From positions 13,888,001-13,952,000 of the forward strand of contig CM114271.1 in assembly GCA_050084515.1 (NCBI GenBank): 64,000 bases of DNA, in the 5' to 3' direction. The notes under the pieces are model-generated. The model saw only the letters and a list, made by a program, of their open reading frames with translations, did not search any database and had not been told where the DNA came from. The DNA is from Blasia pusilla (lineage: Eukaryota). The position numbers and the translations under genes were made by a program. This document shows, piece by piece, positions 12,058 through 23,704 of this stretch; position 1 is the first letter of the stretch, and every line of letters starts with the position of its first letter.

Positions 12058-15000
12058 ATGAAGGGGAAGAGAGAAGTTCTACCCTTCCTGACAGTTCTGA
12101 AAGGAGACGAGGTTGTGGACACCATTAGTCTAGAGGGCCGGGATGTGGTAGTAATGGGAAGGCATCACTCATGCGATCTGGTAGTTGGGCACGCCAGCAG
12201 CAGTCGACGCCACCTCGAGATTCAAATCATTCAGGCAACAAGAGATCTGATTTTTACTGACCTTGGTTCAGGTGAGCTCTCTTCTTTCAATTACTCGCAG
12301 TATGCGACATGCATGACCTGCGTATTCGTCTGCGTGTCTGAAATTTGTGTGCACACAATCTGAACCGGAAGGATTCCCGAATTCCTTCGGTCGCTCGTCT
12401 TCCGATAATGCCCTTCATCGCATGTGTAGACGTGAAAGATAGACTTGAATTTGTAGACATTTGGTTGCCGAATTTATCGAAGCATCTCTCTCTGCACACG
12501 AGGCTTCCTCTCGGACAAGTGAACTGTAGAGCGTAATTGAGCATGCTAAACTGACATGGTCTCGTGCACGTTGACTACTTTTGCTCCGAATGGCTGGCGG
12601 CCTTACGTTCATTGTTCTGTGCATAGTCCATGGAACTTGGGTGCATGGTAGCCGATTGAATCCAATGACGCCGGTCGTGATCAAGAATGGCGCCACATTT
12701 CAGCTGGCTGCGTCGTCACGCGTTTATCGGATTGATTGGCAGCCAGCTCTAGTCGAATACTCGGACTCGGAGCTTTCAGCGTCGGATTCTGTTCAGTCTT
12801 CCAACGCGGAGAGTGCCCTAAGAGAGATGTCTTCGCACAGTGGCTCTAGATCTGGCCTGCGACACGGCTTCGAAAATCAGGTAAATGTCGTGCCCACATC
12901 GTTGGACGAGTCTCCACATAATTCTTGGAGATTCGTATCTTACCACAGGAATTAAAATCGGCATCCTTTCGACAGAGTATAGAAGTTTCCCTGCACTCGT
13001 CTAGTGTACTCTATCCCCTCAAAGTTCTTCAATCATTTCACGGTACTCCATCTTAACTAGGATATGGCAAGTCTGAGGGTGTTACGATAACGTGGAACAG
13101 GAAAATAAGGAGGTGTCGTCGCAGATCGAGTCCAAATCCGGTTCAATGCGACACATCTCCGACAACCAGGTACACTTCTCGCAGTGCAAAATGCAGCTCC
13201 AGTGTTCCGTAATGGCTTTGAGAAGTTCGAGTGAAGAATTGGATGTCCAATGGACGAGGATCGCTGATACTACGAGCTCACTCCCAAACGTCATTTCCAA
13301 TCCCTAGGCTTCCAGATCCATTAGTTTCAAACTGCAACACCGTAAAGGTTCTGAAATGGTGCGTAAATGAAATCGATATTGTGGAACAGGAAAAGAAGAG
13401 TAAAGTGAGCTCTCACCATCAGTCCAAAGTGGAGAGGGCTTTGATTCAACAAGATGAAAACGTCTCCCCGGCAGCGCTGAATTCTCCCGGGAAGCGTGGA
13501 CTGCAGAGAGTTGCGAGCTCACCGAAGCTCCCCATGCGCCGCCTGGCTTTCTCAGGGCTGCAGTCCTCTGGAACGAATGTACCCTCGCCAAGGTCGCCGT
13601 CTGTAAAGAAGGGTCTTACAGACAGATCGGCTTCCGCCAGGCCCGCACCTGCAGAGAAAACCGTTCCTTCCAGTAAGCAGAGGGCAGGGCCAGTGGGAGG
13701 GACAACGCCTTCCAGGCTGTGGCTCCGCAGATGCAACTCTGCGCCCTTGCCTCCACTCGCTACTGACGCCGGGGCTGCAGCCGACATGGAAAATAGCATC
13801 ACGCGTCCTTCGGCTCCTCCTTTGTCTGCGCTGATCGAAGAAGAAGAGGCGTCAAGGGATGGCAGTAGCGCGAGTCACGCTCAGTATGCATTGAACAACG
13901 CTTCTAAGCCCCGTGAAGAAGCAGAGAGCGACGAAGAGTACCGATCGGACAAGGAGAACGTCGATCCGGGGAAATCCATACACAAATGTATGCGAAATAG
14001 TAAGGGGAGTAACCGAGTCCTAGAGAGCTATGGGGGAGCAACGTCTAGAGACTCCTCACTGGTGGAGTCCATCGAGAGACAGCCTTTTCGCCCCTTGGTC
14101 ACCTCCTTCGACTGCACAGCCATGGACTACAGGCCGGTATTTCAGTCAAGCTATGCCTCTTCCGAAGAAGAATATGGCTCCAAAGCGCTGGGATTGCCCA
14201 GGCCTCGCTTATCCTCAGCTGTAAGTCATAACGCCCGCTTCCCGGAACCTTATTTAAAGATGTTGAGATCAGTTCATTTCAACTGTTTAGTAGGTGCCCA
14301 ATGTGAAGCCTTCTTGCCACGGTTATGGAAAGAAAATTGTCCCGATTCTTTATCTATTGACAGTCGTGGGCCCTAATCACAATGGTTAGTCTTTCCTTTG
14401 ATTGCGGAGTCTACAAGTTTCCTCGGAGTCATGGGCCACTGTGGATGCACCAAAACAAATTTTTCTTTGGAATTGGCTCTGGCATTAACATTCTTAATCC
14501 GTGGCGTATCAATCTCCACCAGACCCACAACTTGGACCAGATGCTAAGGACTTTGAAGCTGTCTGATTCCACCGAAGGAAGGAAGCAATGGCACGCTGTG
14601 ATCGACACCAACTGCCTCCTCGACAATGACTCCTTGAATGCCCTCAAGCAACTAGAGGGAATAAAAGAGACCTGTGTCATCATACCGAAAATTGGTCAGT
14701 ACGAATTATGCATCGGCTTGTATTTGGGATATGATTGGGTTTATGTTGTCACTCATGATCTTCCTTCGCTTCCCAGATTTCCCCGTTGTTAGTCTGGTAA
14801 ATTCACGAGATGTAATGGTGAACTGCAGTGGTGCGCGAGTTGGACTTTCTGAAACATAGGGACGGCTTGAGATCACCTGCACGTGCAGCCCTCAAATGGA
14901 TCGAGTCTTGTATGCTTAAACTTCCCAACTGGATTCATGTGCAAAATTCCTCCGAGTCGCTTCCAGTTGGAGTGACTCCACCTCCTTCGCCCTCCAGCAG

Positions 15001-15723
15001 AGGGCTCCCCCAGCACGGTCTTATGTCTCCGACGAATGACGATCACATTCTCGAATGTGCGCTCCTGTTCGACCTCACTGTCCGTCATGGAAAAGTGGCT
15101 CTGCTGACAAGAGACACGGCACTTAAGATCAAAGCCATGGCTGAGGTAATTCAACTGACCCATCTCCCTTCTTGTCTGCAATCCTGCTGCCTGTTCTGAA
15201 GGAGCTTTGTTGTGCGATTTTCCCGCAATCCATGGCGAGTGCAAAGTTCTTAAACGTTCTGTCGTGCGGAATGAGCTTTGAGAACCTCCAAGATGTAATC
15301 CACCTCTACCTTACCGCCGAGTTGGCTTGCAATGCGGGATTGTTCTTCGTCCAGTTATCGTCATTTCAGTCCTAGTACGGCCCTTTTACACGGCGTGGAG
15401 TAGTGTATCCATCGTGTCGGGCAACGTTTGTGCACTCACTATCTTCCGATGCTGACTGGTGACTGGAATTGCAGGGGCTAATATCTGAGAGTGCAACAGA
15501 GTTTTGCGAGAGTTTGCTTAGCCCCTACTCGAACCGTTTTCTTTGGGCCGGTAGCACTGCCCATGGCAAGACATGGGTGGAATCCCCACTCGGCAGCCCA
15601 GTGTTGAATGTCGAAGGCGAATCGAAGTCGAAGTGGCACGCACAAGTCAATCACAAGCTTGAAGATCTGCGCCACCATGTCACTGCGAAACCTCGAGGAC
15701 TCCATGTAGTCCTGACCCAATAG
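12058..15723 (+). CDS. PS1: FHA and PIN domain protein, PS1 (Parallel Spindle 1)-like, about 695 aa; predicted exons 12058-12271, 12627-12880, 13101-13169, 13390-14220, 14541-14694, 14829-15145, 15475-15723
   Basis: N-terminal FHA motifs (MGRH, HASSSRRH, DLGSVHGT joined across intron 1) and C-terminal PIN motifs (VIDTN, IPKIVVRELD, TNDDHILECA, LLTRDTALKIKAMAEG). All introns are GT-AG and phases join in frame. Exon 3 and the exon 4 acceptor are the least certain. Confidence 0.85.
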
Positions 15724-17599
15724 CCCCGAATTCTACGAATCCAGCTGTCGTAGAAATGAACAACTAAATGTTCAAGATTATGACACCAGATATGGCCATG
15801 GCAAGCGACTCTGAAAATCCAGTGACCGAAATACAGATGGTGGACTCCGCGTCAACCCATGAGCTACGACGCAATCTGTGGAAGCCCAGCTCGAACTGTG
15901 AAATAGAAGCATACTTCGGTGTACGAATGTTTCTACGTCACGTAGTTGGAACGAATTATCACGCAAATGATGTTTGCAGCGATTTTTCGGACCCTCTGTG
16001 GACCTGTGCTGAGGTTGGTTCGCTGGGTTTCGTCCAGACTAGTTTTGACTTTTTTGGGTGACATGCAATTGATGAAATTTGTATCTCAGTGTGGCTCTCA
16101 TAACGCACTGTACAAAGTGAGGTTGGAGGTTTCCACTCCGAAACCACTCTAAAAGTCGACAATGTGCAGTTGTTTTTATCACCCTAGGGGCTGCTGTGCT
16201 GTGGTCAGCTCGGATATTGCCCGCTTTTCGGAATGTAGATAATAAGGGAAAATTGAATCATTGCCTCGCCTCACTTTCGCCGTTCGATTCGCAAACTTGC
16301 ATGCTCTCGAAATGAACGCTTCGGAATATGAGGAAACGCAAAGAGGGAATACTACTAAATTTTTGCCCTTGCTATATACTAGATGATATGATGGGGAATG
16401 AGAAGACCCAAATATGAATTTTATTAAATGCGTGGGAATGAATAAACCCACTATTGCAAAATGAGAGTACGAAAATAGTGAGCATACTTATAACGTTATA
16501 TCTTAACATTCCCAGAATACAACCAACATTATATTTGAAGATTTCCCATATATATTATTATATTGATCGTGGGAGAAACCATTGGCAACCTTCTCCAATC
16601 CCCAATAAGCTAAAGATAAATTATTTAATTTTGTGTATGTTCTTCCCAAAACAAAGCATGTGTATGTAAAAGGAAAGGAAGATAAAAATATAAAGAAAGG
16701 AAGAAAAAAATCTTCCATGAGCACTTCGGTATTCTTTTAATTCTTTCCAAAGAAAAATATGAATTTCGCCTCAATAGCAAGCTTTAAATTTATTATCGTT
16801 ATTATAGGACAAAATGAAAAGAAAAAGCCCGAAAAGTGTCGTCATAAACTAACAAGGTATGACATTCTTCATTCAGTTAAGCGCCCGGTCCTATGCAACC
16901 GAAGGTGTGGAGCCCCGGCCCCAAATCTCTAAGATCTAACGGCTGGAAATGCAATTTGTTAATGGGTCCCCAACCATGATTCTCGCCGCGAGTAGGCAGG
17001 GCGTAAGATTTTGTGACTCTACCACCTCCCATTTCCAGTTACCAGAGAATCGGTGCACCGACGGAACGTACAAGAAGGAGGAGATAACAAACACCGAAGG
17101 GGGAAGAAAGCCCGACGGAATTTGATTTTCAACTGGGAAATCTTGCTGCGCCATTTCTTGGACGCGACCCGTGCTGCTTCCCATGGAGCGAGCACACGCA
17201 ATTGTGGCGTGCTCAGTCAATTCCCAACCACAAGCTTGTAATGCACACAGCAATCCGGTCTAGCTGCGCTGTGAAGCTCGTTAGAAGGGCCTTTCAAGGT
17301 TTTTCAGATCGCATTGTCTTTGTGTGTTCCGAAAGCGAGAATTGGCCGACATTGATAGTAAAATACTGAGTCGGACCTTTGTCAGCTGTGAGCTTGGGTA
17401 TTGACAGTTGCTATGAAAAATACAGCCCTTCTTCGCCACCTGCGTGAGCTGCACGACTTGTGTGAATCGGGATTCGGCATCCAATTCTGAAATTCGACTG
17501 GGAAGAGGAAGATGAATCTCGCTCGTACAACTTTTAAGCTCTTCAATTGTGTCAGCATGCATTGACTTATTTACTTTTTCTCTTGTTCATGCAGTAGAT

Positions 17600-18033
17600 A
17601 TGGCACGTGAGATTAAAAAGCCGTCTACACCACTTGGGGCATCTTCTCCCATTGGTATGCATTACATGTGCACAATAATGTACTTCATATTTGTATCACT
17701 GAATTTCATATTTCTCATGATATTGGCATGGACTCTTTTTTAGAGACTACTACAAAGAATGATCCACACTTGGAGCATTCCCCTTCTCCATGTATCCCAA
17801 AGAGGGGGACAAGCTTTGGTGATGGGATTCAAGGAAAGCAACGCAAGAGCTCTATGGATGGTACCGTAGCCCAACCCTTGACAGTATCAAGTAAAGAATT
17901 GATGGATACTATGAGGGAAGCTCGTCATGAACGATGGGAAGATAGACGCATATACCAACAAGAAGCAAATGCTTTTGAGAAACTTAGCGATGCAATAGCA
18001 ATGTTCCTTGCTAAGAAAGCAAGCACCATGTAA
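17600..18033 (+). pseudogene. Possible last exon(s) of the Harbinger accessory protein
   Basis: ORF converges on the transposase 3' end and ends in a helical KELMDTMREARHERWE...LSDAIAMFL segment. Position is typical of Harbinger ORF2, but no Myb/SANT domain was recognised. Confidence 0.35.
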
Positions 18034-18104
18034 GCATAGACAAGGAAGCACCATGACAAGTTTTATATATGATAATACTTTATTGAAAAGATGGGATATT
18101 ACAA

Positions 18105-18792
18105 TCATTGTGGCACTATGTGGTCTAAAAGTCCATCTCTGTTCGTCTTTCCATCATTTGTAACCTCATTATTGGGGACAAAGCTCATGAACCCTGGTGG
18201 AAGAGGTCTTGTTGTACTTGTAAGGTTTACGAGTCCATGTGGAGCATGGTCACCCCTATCGATCACGATGTTGTGGAGGATACAACAAGCAAATATCATG
18301 TATGATAATCTATTCAAGTTTGGATGATAAATAATTCGGTTGAGAATTCGCCATGAACCTTTGAGTGGTCCAAATGTCCTTTCTACACACATGCGCGTGG
18401 AAGAGTGAAGATGGTTCCTAGACTCTTTTCTCCCAGTTGCTCCTGGATATGGGACCATGAGCCAAGGTAAGATTGGATATTTTGCATCACCGATAATGTA
18501 CTCTTGAATTGTGCTGCCATTTCTAAGTGGAAATTTGGGAACCCTAACAACCCTTGTAGATGAACTTGCTAATTTGTAGAAAGTCGAGTTTCAGAGAAGT
18601 TGAGTGTCATGAACACAACCGGGGTATAATCCAAAGATATCTATAAATCTTAATTCAGAATCCACGATTGCTTGCATGACACAAGCATAACATTTATTCT
18701 TGTGGCTATACCATGACGTGGAATTTGAACCAGCTGGTAGTTCAAGGAGAAAATGCGTTCCATCAATAGCACCGCAATAATTCAGAAATCCA
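18105..18792 (-). pseudogene. Harbinger DDE transposase, 3' part
   Basis: CGAIDGTH, QAIVD, PGCVHD, IIGDAKYP, RMCVERTFG.LKG.WRIL and ACCILHN motifs. In-frame TGA near 18593. Confidence 0.9.
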
Positions 18793-18920
18793 TGTCGTGC
18801 GCATACACATCGCTACACAACATACATCGTTGTCACCGAACACACACACAAACACGCATGATCCCATGGTAACTCATGGCATCCAAACAACGAGACAAGA
18901 AGTACCAAAATATCTCCAAT
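18793..18920 (-). repeat. Repeat B2 (right terminus, 128 bp)
   Basis: Direct repeat of 19436-19557; outermost 45 bp identical. Also matches about 49386-49501. Confidence 0.92.
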
Positions 18921-19433
18921 AAAGTAAGATCCAATCTCTCTCTCCACCATCTCATACCATAGCTCTCAAAGGTGTGCACTATCTCTCATGTCAAACCAAA
19001 CCCACTCTCCTAATGAGAGGCTTGGGTTACACTCACAAGGCAAGGTACCATAGCTCCGCCGCCTCATGCCAAGAGGTTCAACAAAGAGATAATGAGCTCT
19101 CAAGCTCTCTCTCCTTGAGGTATACCCCTCCCCTCTCCCAAGTTCTCTCCATGCTAACCTATTCTCCCAAGTCACCTCCTTGGCTCTTGACCTGATGTAG
19201 GAGGTCAAGGGCCACTTACCAAAAATATAAAGTCGATCACATACTCAAAATGGTACTTACCTAAAATAGTAAGTTCCTCAATATGGCTCCAAATGAGCCG
19301 AAACGAAGGGGAAACCTGCTCTCTCAGGTTTCCGGGGGCCTCAGCAGGTCATCCGCGACCTACTGAGCATGTCCTCCACTACTCACAAAGGCGCTCTATT
19401 AGATCTCACCGATCTATCCTAAAAGACGTGACA
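18921..19433 (-). repeat. Repeat A2 (internal copy of the left terminus, 513 bp)
   Basis: Colinear with 29162-29674; about 13 substitutions by manual comparison. Confidence 0.95.
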
Positions 19434-19435
19434 GC

Positions 19436-19557
19436 TGTCGTGCGCATACACATCGCTACACAACATACATCGTTGTCACCACCCACAAATACGCATGATC
19501 CCATGCTAACTCATGACATCCAAACAACGAGACAAAAAGTACCAAAATATCTCCAAT
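19436..19557 (-). repeat. Repeat B1 (internal copy of the right terminus, 122 bp)
   Basis: Direct repeat of 18793-18920. Separated from A2 by only GC (19434-19435). Preceded on the sense strand by CTAGGGGGGCG. Confidence 0.92.
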
Positions 19558-19737
19558 CGCCCCCCTAGCTGGTGGTTAGGTCCCTCTAACTCCAGATAGC
19601 CATCTATCCCTACCTACCATGACATACATCTCTCGGACGCTAAGAGCAAGAAGGCCGGGTGCTCATGTGGCCCCATCGTTAGTCGCCTTCTTGTCATCCA
19701 TGTCACAGACACAAGTCGGAATGTAGAACTACCTACT

Positions 19738-21079
19738 CTATGTACATCTGGGACACATCCATCGTCCATGAGGAACCCTAGTGAGAGGTGGCGTCAAACA
19801 TGCCATATGCCATCCTCTCGAACACCCATCACAGACTAGCATCGTGGCCGCACCACGGGCAGAACCACACAACATACAACGCAAGCCTGCAGGAACTACT
19901 ACTAAGCTCGGATCTACTGTACCATCAATGTTAGGAAGCTGACATGGCGCACAATTACGCATATGGTCCTTCCATACCATACCATCGCGTCCCTCCAGCA
20001 AGAGAACACCCGATGGCAAAATGTCACGCACTCTCAAGATAGTGCGCCCTGCAGTCACATCCAACGTTGTCGGTGCCGTCTGCTGCAAGTAGACATAATC
20101 TCCCTGATGAAACCTCCGGATAGTTGGTCGATAACCACCACCCCGAATAGTCGCATACCTCAACGTATCCCGATGCTGTGCAATCGCCAAGTTCTCGAAC
20201 GCCATGGGCATCACTCTCCGAAATAACTCAGCCCTCTGAGAACATGCTCGCACCCATACATCTAGATCATCGAGGTTCAGCACCTCACCGGCATCTCGAC
20301 AAATGGCCGTAGGTAAATCTGGCTCTCGGCCATAAAGTAGCAAGTACGGTGAAAAAGACGCTAAGGATGCCTGCCTGTTGAATCTGTATCCCATCGCCAA
20401 CCATGGCAACTGGAGGTCCCAATCTCCTAGGTGACCTCTCTGCAAGCCATACTTGCGTAAACCCCTCTTCACCGTCTGCACAACTCTCTCCACTAATCCA
20501 TCCGCCTCAGGATGATCTCGCAAAGTCGTGCGGTGGTCGATCAGCGCCTGATCACACAAGGCCTGGAACTCACCGCAAAACTTGGTACCCTGGTCTGTCA
20601 ACACCTCAGCCGGTGCACCATAATGACTCAGCACTCTGTCAAGGAAGGCATAAGCTACTCCCTCACTCGCTTTGTCAAGCAATGCAACCAACTCGATCCA
20701 CTTTGAGAAGTGCTCGACCATCACCAACACATAACGACTATGACGCTCCGTTAAGGGCAAAGGTCCTGCAAAATCCAAACTCCATCTATACCCTAAGCCC
20801 ATGATCAGTAATGGATGCAAATGTGGAGTCGGAGCATTGAACGATGCTCGGACCCGATCACACACCATGCACCTGGCAACAAACTGCTGAAGATAAGTTT
20901 GCATGCCTCGCAACCAATACTGAAACTGGAGCAAGCTGTACGTCCGCTTCACCCCAAAGTGACCCAACTCTTCGTGGGCATGCTGCACTAGTCGTGCTCT
21001 CTGCGAAGGATGCGGCACTACGCGTACTCTGCCATCCTCCCAAACCCTCAAAACATGTGTCCCCTCCCAACGGAGCCGT
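19738..21079 (-). CDS. Integrase (HHCC zinc-binding, DDE core) with C-terminal PHD finger, copy 2; open frame
   Basis: HEELGHFG...CMVC, WSLDFAGP, VLTDQG, GLVER motifs, then CMLC...CDGCSRGWHMAC...WMCPRC (C4HC3). The ORF-track start at 21144 lies inside an insertion. Confidence 0.92.
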
Positions 21080-22349
21080 TGTCGTATAGTAAAATCAATC
21101 AGTGTGTAAACTCCTTTGTCATTAAGTGTTAGATAGAGTTTCATAAGTATTAAGTAAATTGGCTTAGAAAAAGGAGATTCTTATGTTTAAACCTCTTTAT
21201 GGTGCCTCTTTTATGCGGGCCCAACTTTAGGAAAAGGAGGTAATAAATAAAAGATGACTTTATAAAAGTAAAGTAGTTGCTTTAATGAAAAGCAAAAGTA
21301 GTCTTGGTTGGTGGCTAGGTTAGTTGGGGTAATTTAGAAAATATCATGTGGGTAAAAGAGGATATTTTGGAAGAGATAAGAGGAAATCTACTTGTGTCAA
21401 AATGTGATTGGCTAAGCCTTGGGAGGAAGCCATGTGGCACAAGATAAGATAAGCTCTATTTCGTACTCTTGTGGATCCCTTGTGAGTATATAAAGAGGAG
21501 GGACCTTCAAGGGTTCATCACCTTCTATTCCACATCTTGAGTCTCTCGTGTCTCTCTTGAATGTATGGCTTTGGGATTGCTTGCTCTTCCAATGAGAGTG
21601 GATCACCCCTCTTGGGAGAGTAACTTGACTATGGTCTATTCTTTGAGAGATTTCTAGAGTGTGGTGTGTGTGTGTGGGGATGAGAGGTTTGTCACCGTAG
21701 AGGAGTTTAGTCATACTAAAATAGCGAAAGTTTTGGCTTGTTACTTCCCCAATGAGAGTGGATTACCCCTCTTGGGAGAATAACTCCGCCAAAACCCATT
21801 CTTGAGAGAGAGAGAGAATGTGTCAAGCATGGATAGGGGTGGAGCACAGTGTGCCCGACTTTCCTTTCCTCAATCCTTACCATGTCAAGGTACTCTTTGT
21901 AGATAGGCCTTTGGTTCACTCGCTATTTAGTTTATCACTTTGGGGAGGCGTTCATGAACCAGGTCATGCAATCTCCAACTCCGGTGATTCTTCCTATCGT
22001 CACATATGGAAGGACATGGGATTGTACTTTGTATGTCCTTATATAGCGATCCATGGATGTCAATAGGCCTGGTCAAGTAGGGTTTAACACTAGTTGTACT
22101 ATCTTCCTCGTGTACAAACGTAAAATGGTTTATAGGGATTTTATAGTTAGGAATTTCGGGGTCCGATGTTACGAAGAAGTGATCGCCTTGGCACTTCCAT
22201 TTGTGATACCTGTCGTGAGAGAATGGAGAGTGTACATCATAATTTTGTATTGAAAAAGGAGAACTTATTAGAGAGTTCACCTTGCATCGACCGCATCTAC
22301 CGCAGCTAGAAGGCCCGCCCTTGCTCGAAGAAAGATTCTCGACACGACA
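21080..22349 (+). mobile_element. 1270-bp solo-LTR-like insertion in the pol of copy 2
   Basis: Ends TGTCGT...ACGACA; 4-bp TSD CCGT (21076-21079, 22350-22353). Removal restores QRARRLRWEG. Homologous to 37189-37855. Confidence 0.9.
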
Positions 22350-22539
22350 CCGTCTGGCCCGCTGTAGGATCCGATCCCGCTCTCTAGCATCCATGGTGCT
22401 CGCAACGCTGCCAGTACGAAGGTACTCCAAGACTACTCCATCATCATGAATATCTGGGCCACTTGTCGTGTCCTCACTGGCCTCGGGATCCAAGGACTCT
22501 CCACTACACCTCGCCATCGAAGTCTCCACACTCTGTAGG

Positions 22540-23400
22540 GCGTGGAATGCGTGAGATAGCCTCTACCTTCGTCAGCTGAACACCAAGGCCCCCTGGGTAT
22601 ATCATATGACCCAAGTACTCAATCTGGTCGTAGAAGAACTTGCACTTGCCTGGATGTAGCTTCAACCCATGTAATTACAATCGTCGAAACACCTCCTCTC
22701 GATGTTGCTCATGCTCCTCAACCGTGGCGCTAAAGACTACGATGTCATCAATATAACACATAGCAAAATCCAGACCAGCCAAGATCCTATCCATGACCCT
22801 CTGAAACTCAGACGGGGCGTTCTTTAACCCAAATGGTAAGAACCGCCACTGGTACAAACAATCCTTCCCGTGAGGATCGATGCCCCAAAATGCCGTCTTC
22901 TTCTTGTCCTCCAATCTGATAGGCAGCTGATGGTATCCGGCTCGCAAATCCAATGAACTGAAGACCTTTGCATGACCAATCGCATCAAAGATCTCCTCAG
23001 GGGTGGGCATGGCATACCTATCAGACTTTGTCTGCCGATTGATAGGTCGGTAATCCCCACACATCCGCCTATCGGTCCAGTTGCCATGCACATCCTTCTT
23101 GGCGGGCATGACAATGGCAGATGCATATTCCCCATGCGACATCTCCACTAGTCCTGCTTTGACCAAGTCCTGGCTCCTACTCTGAATCAGAGCCCTCTCC
23201 ATATCACTGTACCTGTAGGGTCGTCGGAAGATCGGCATATCATTCAACAACTCAATGTGGATCCCCGGTCCCTTCAACGTACCCAAATCCTCCGTGCTAA
23301 ACGCAAAGCAGGTCCTATAACTCCTGAGGAACTGATGTATTTGGCGCGCTCTCCTCCTGTCAACTTAGGGCCCATATCTGGCTCCCAAGTCTCCATCGTG
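22540..23400 (-). pseudogene. Ty3/Gypsy reverse transcriptase, copy 2
   Basis: RMCGDYRPIN, FSSLDLRAGYHQ, LPFGLKNAP, YIDDI motifs. Premature stop at 22675. Confidence 0.93.
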
Positions 23401-23704
23401 ACTACGGTAGGACTCTCCGGGGCGGGTATTGGTGGTTGCTATGGTGCAACCCTGTCTCGAACAACAACACTCGGCCGCTCTCTTGCGCCAAGCGCAAGCG
23501 TGATCTCCTCCGGTGCGTGCCGAAACCACGCTCGATCTTTGTGGCTATCATCTCCTTGCGCACTGCAAAACATCCCAAGAAGTCCAAGGGTGTCTCCCGA
23601 TCTCCCCTGGTGCGTAGATCTCCTCGGGTCTCGCCTTGACCCACCTTTGCCTCCACCGTCTCGGTAGGCATGGGGCTCACTAACTTATAACCATTTGTGA
23701 TCCA

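Noticed and set aside
18966-19208. Repeated 80-aa ORF MTSYIRSRAKEV... (also at 29207 and 39220)
   Set aside because: Lies within the A repeat, begins at TTG, is truncated in one copy and has no recognisable domain.
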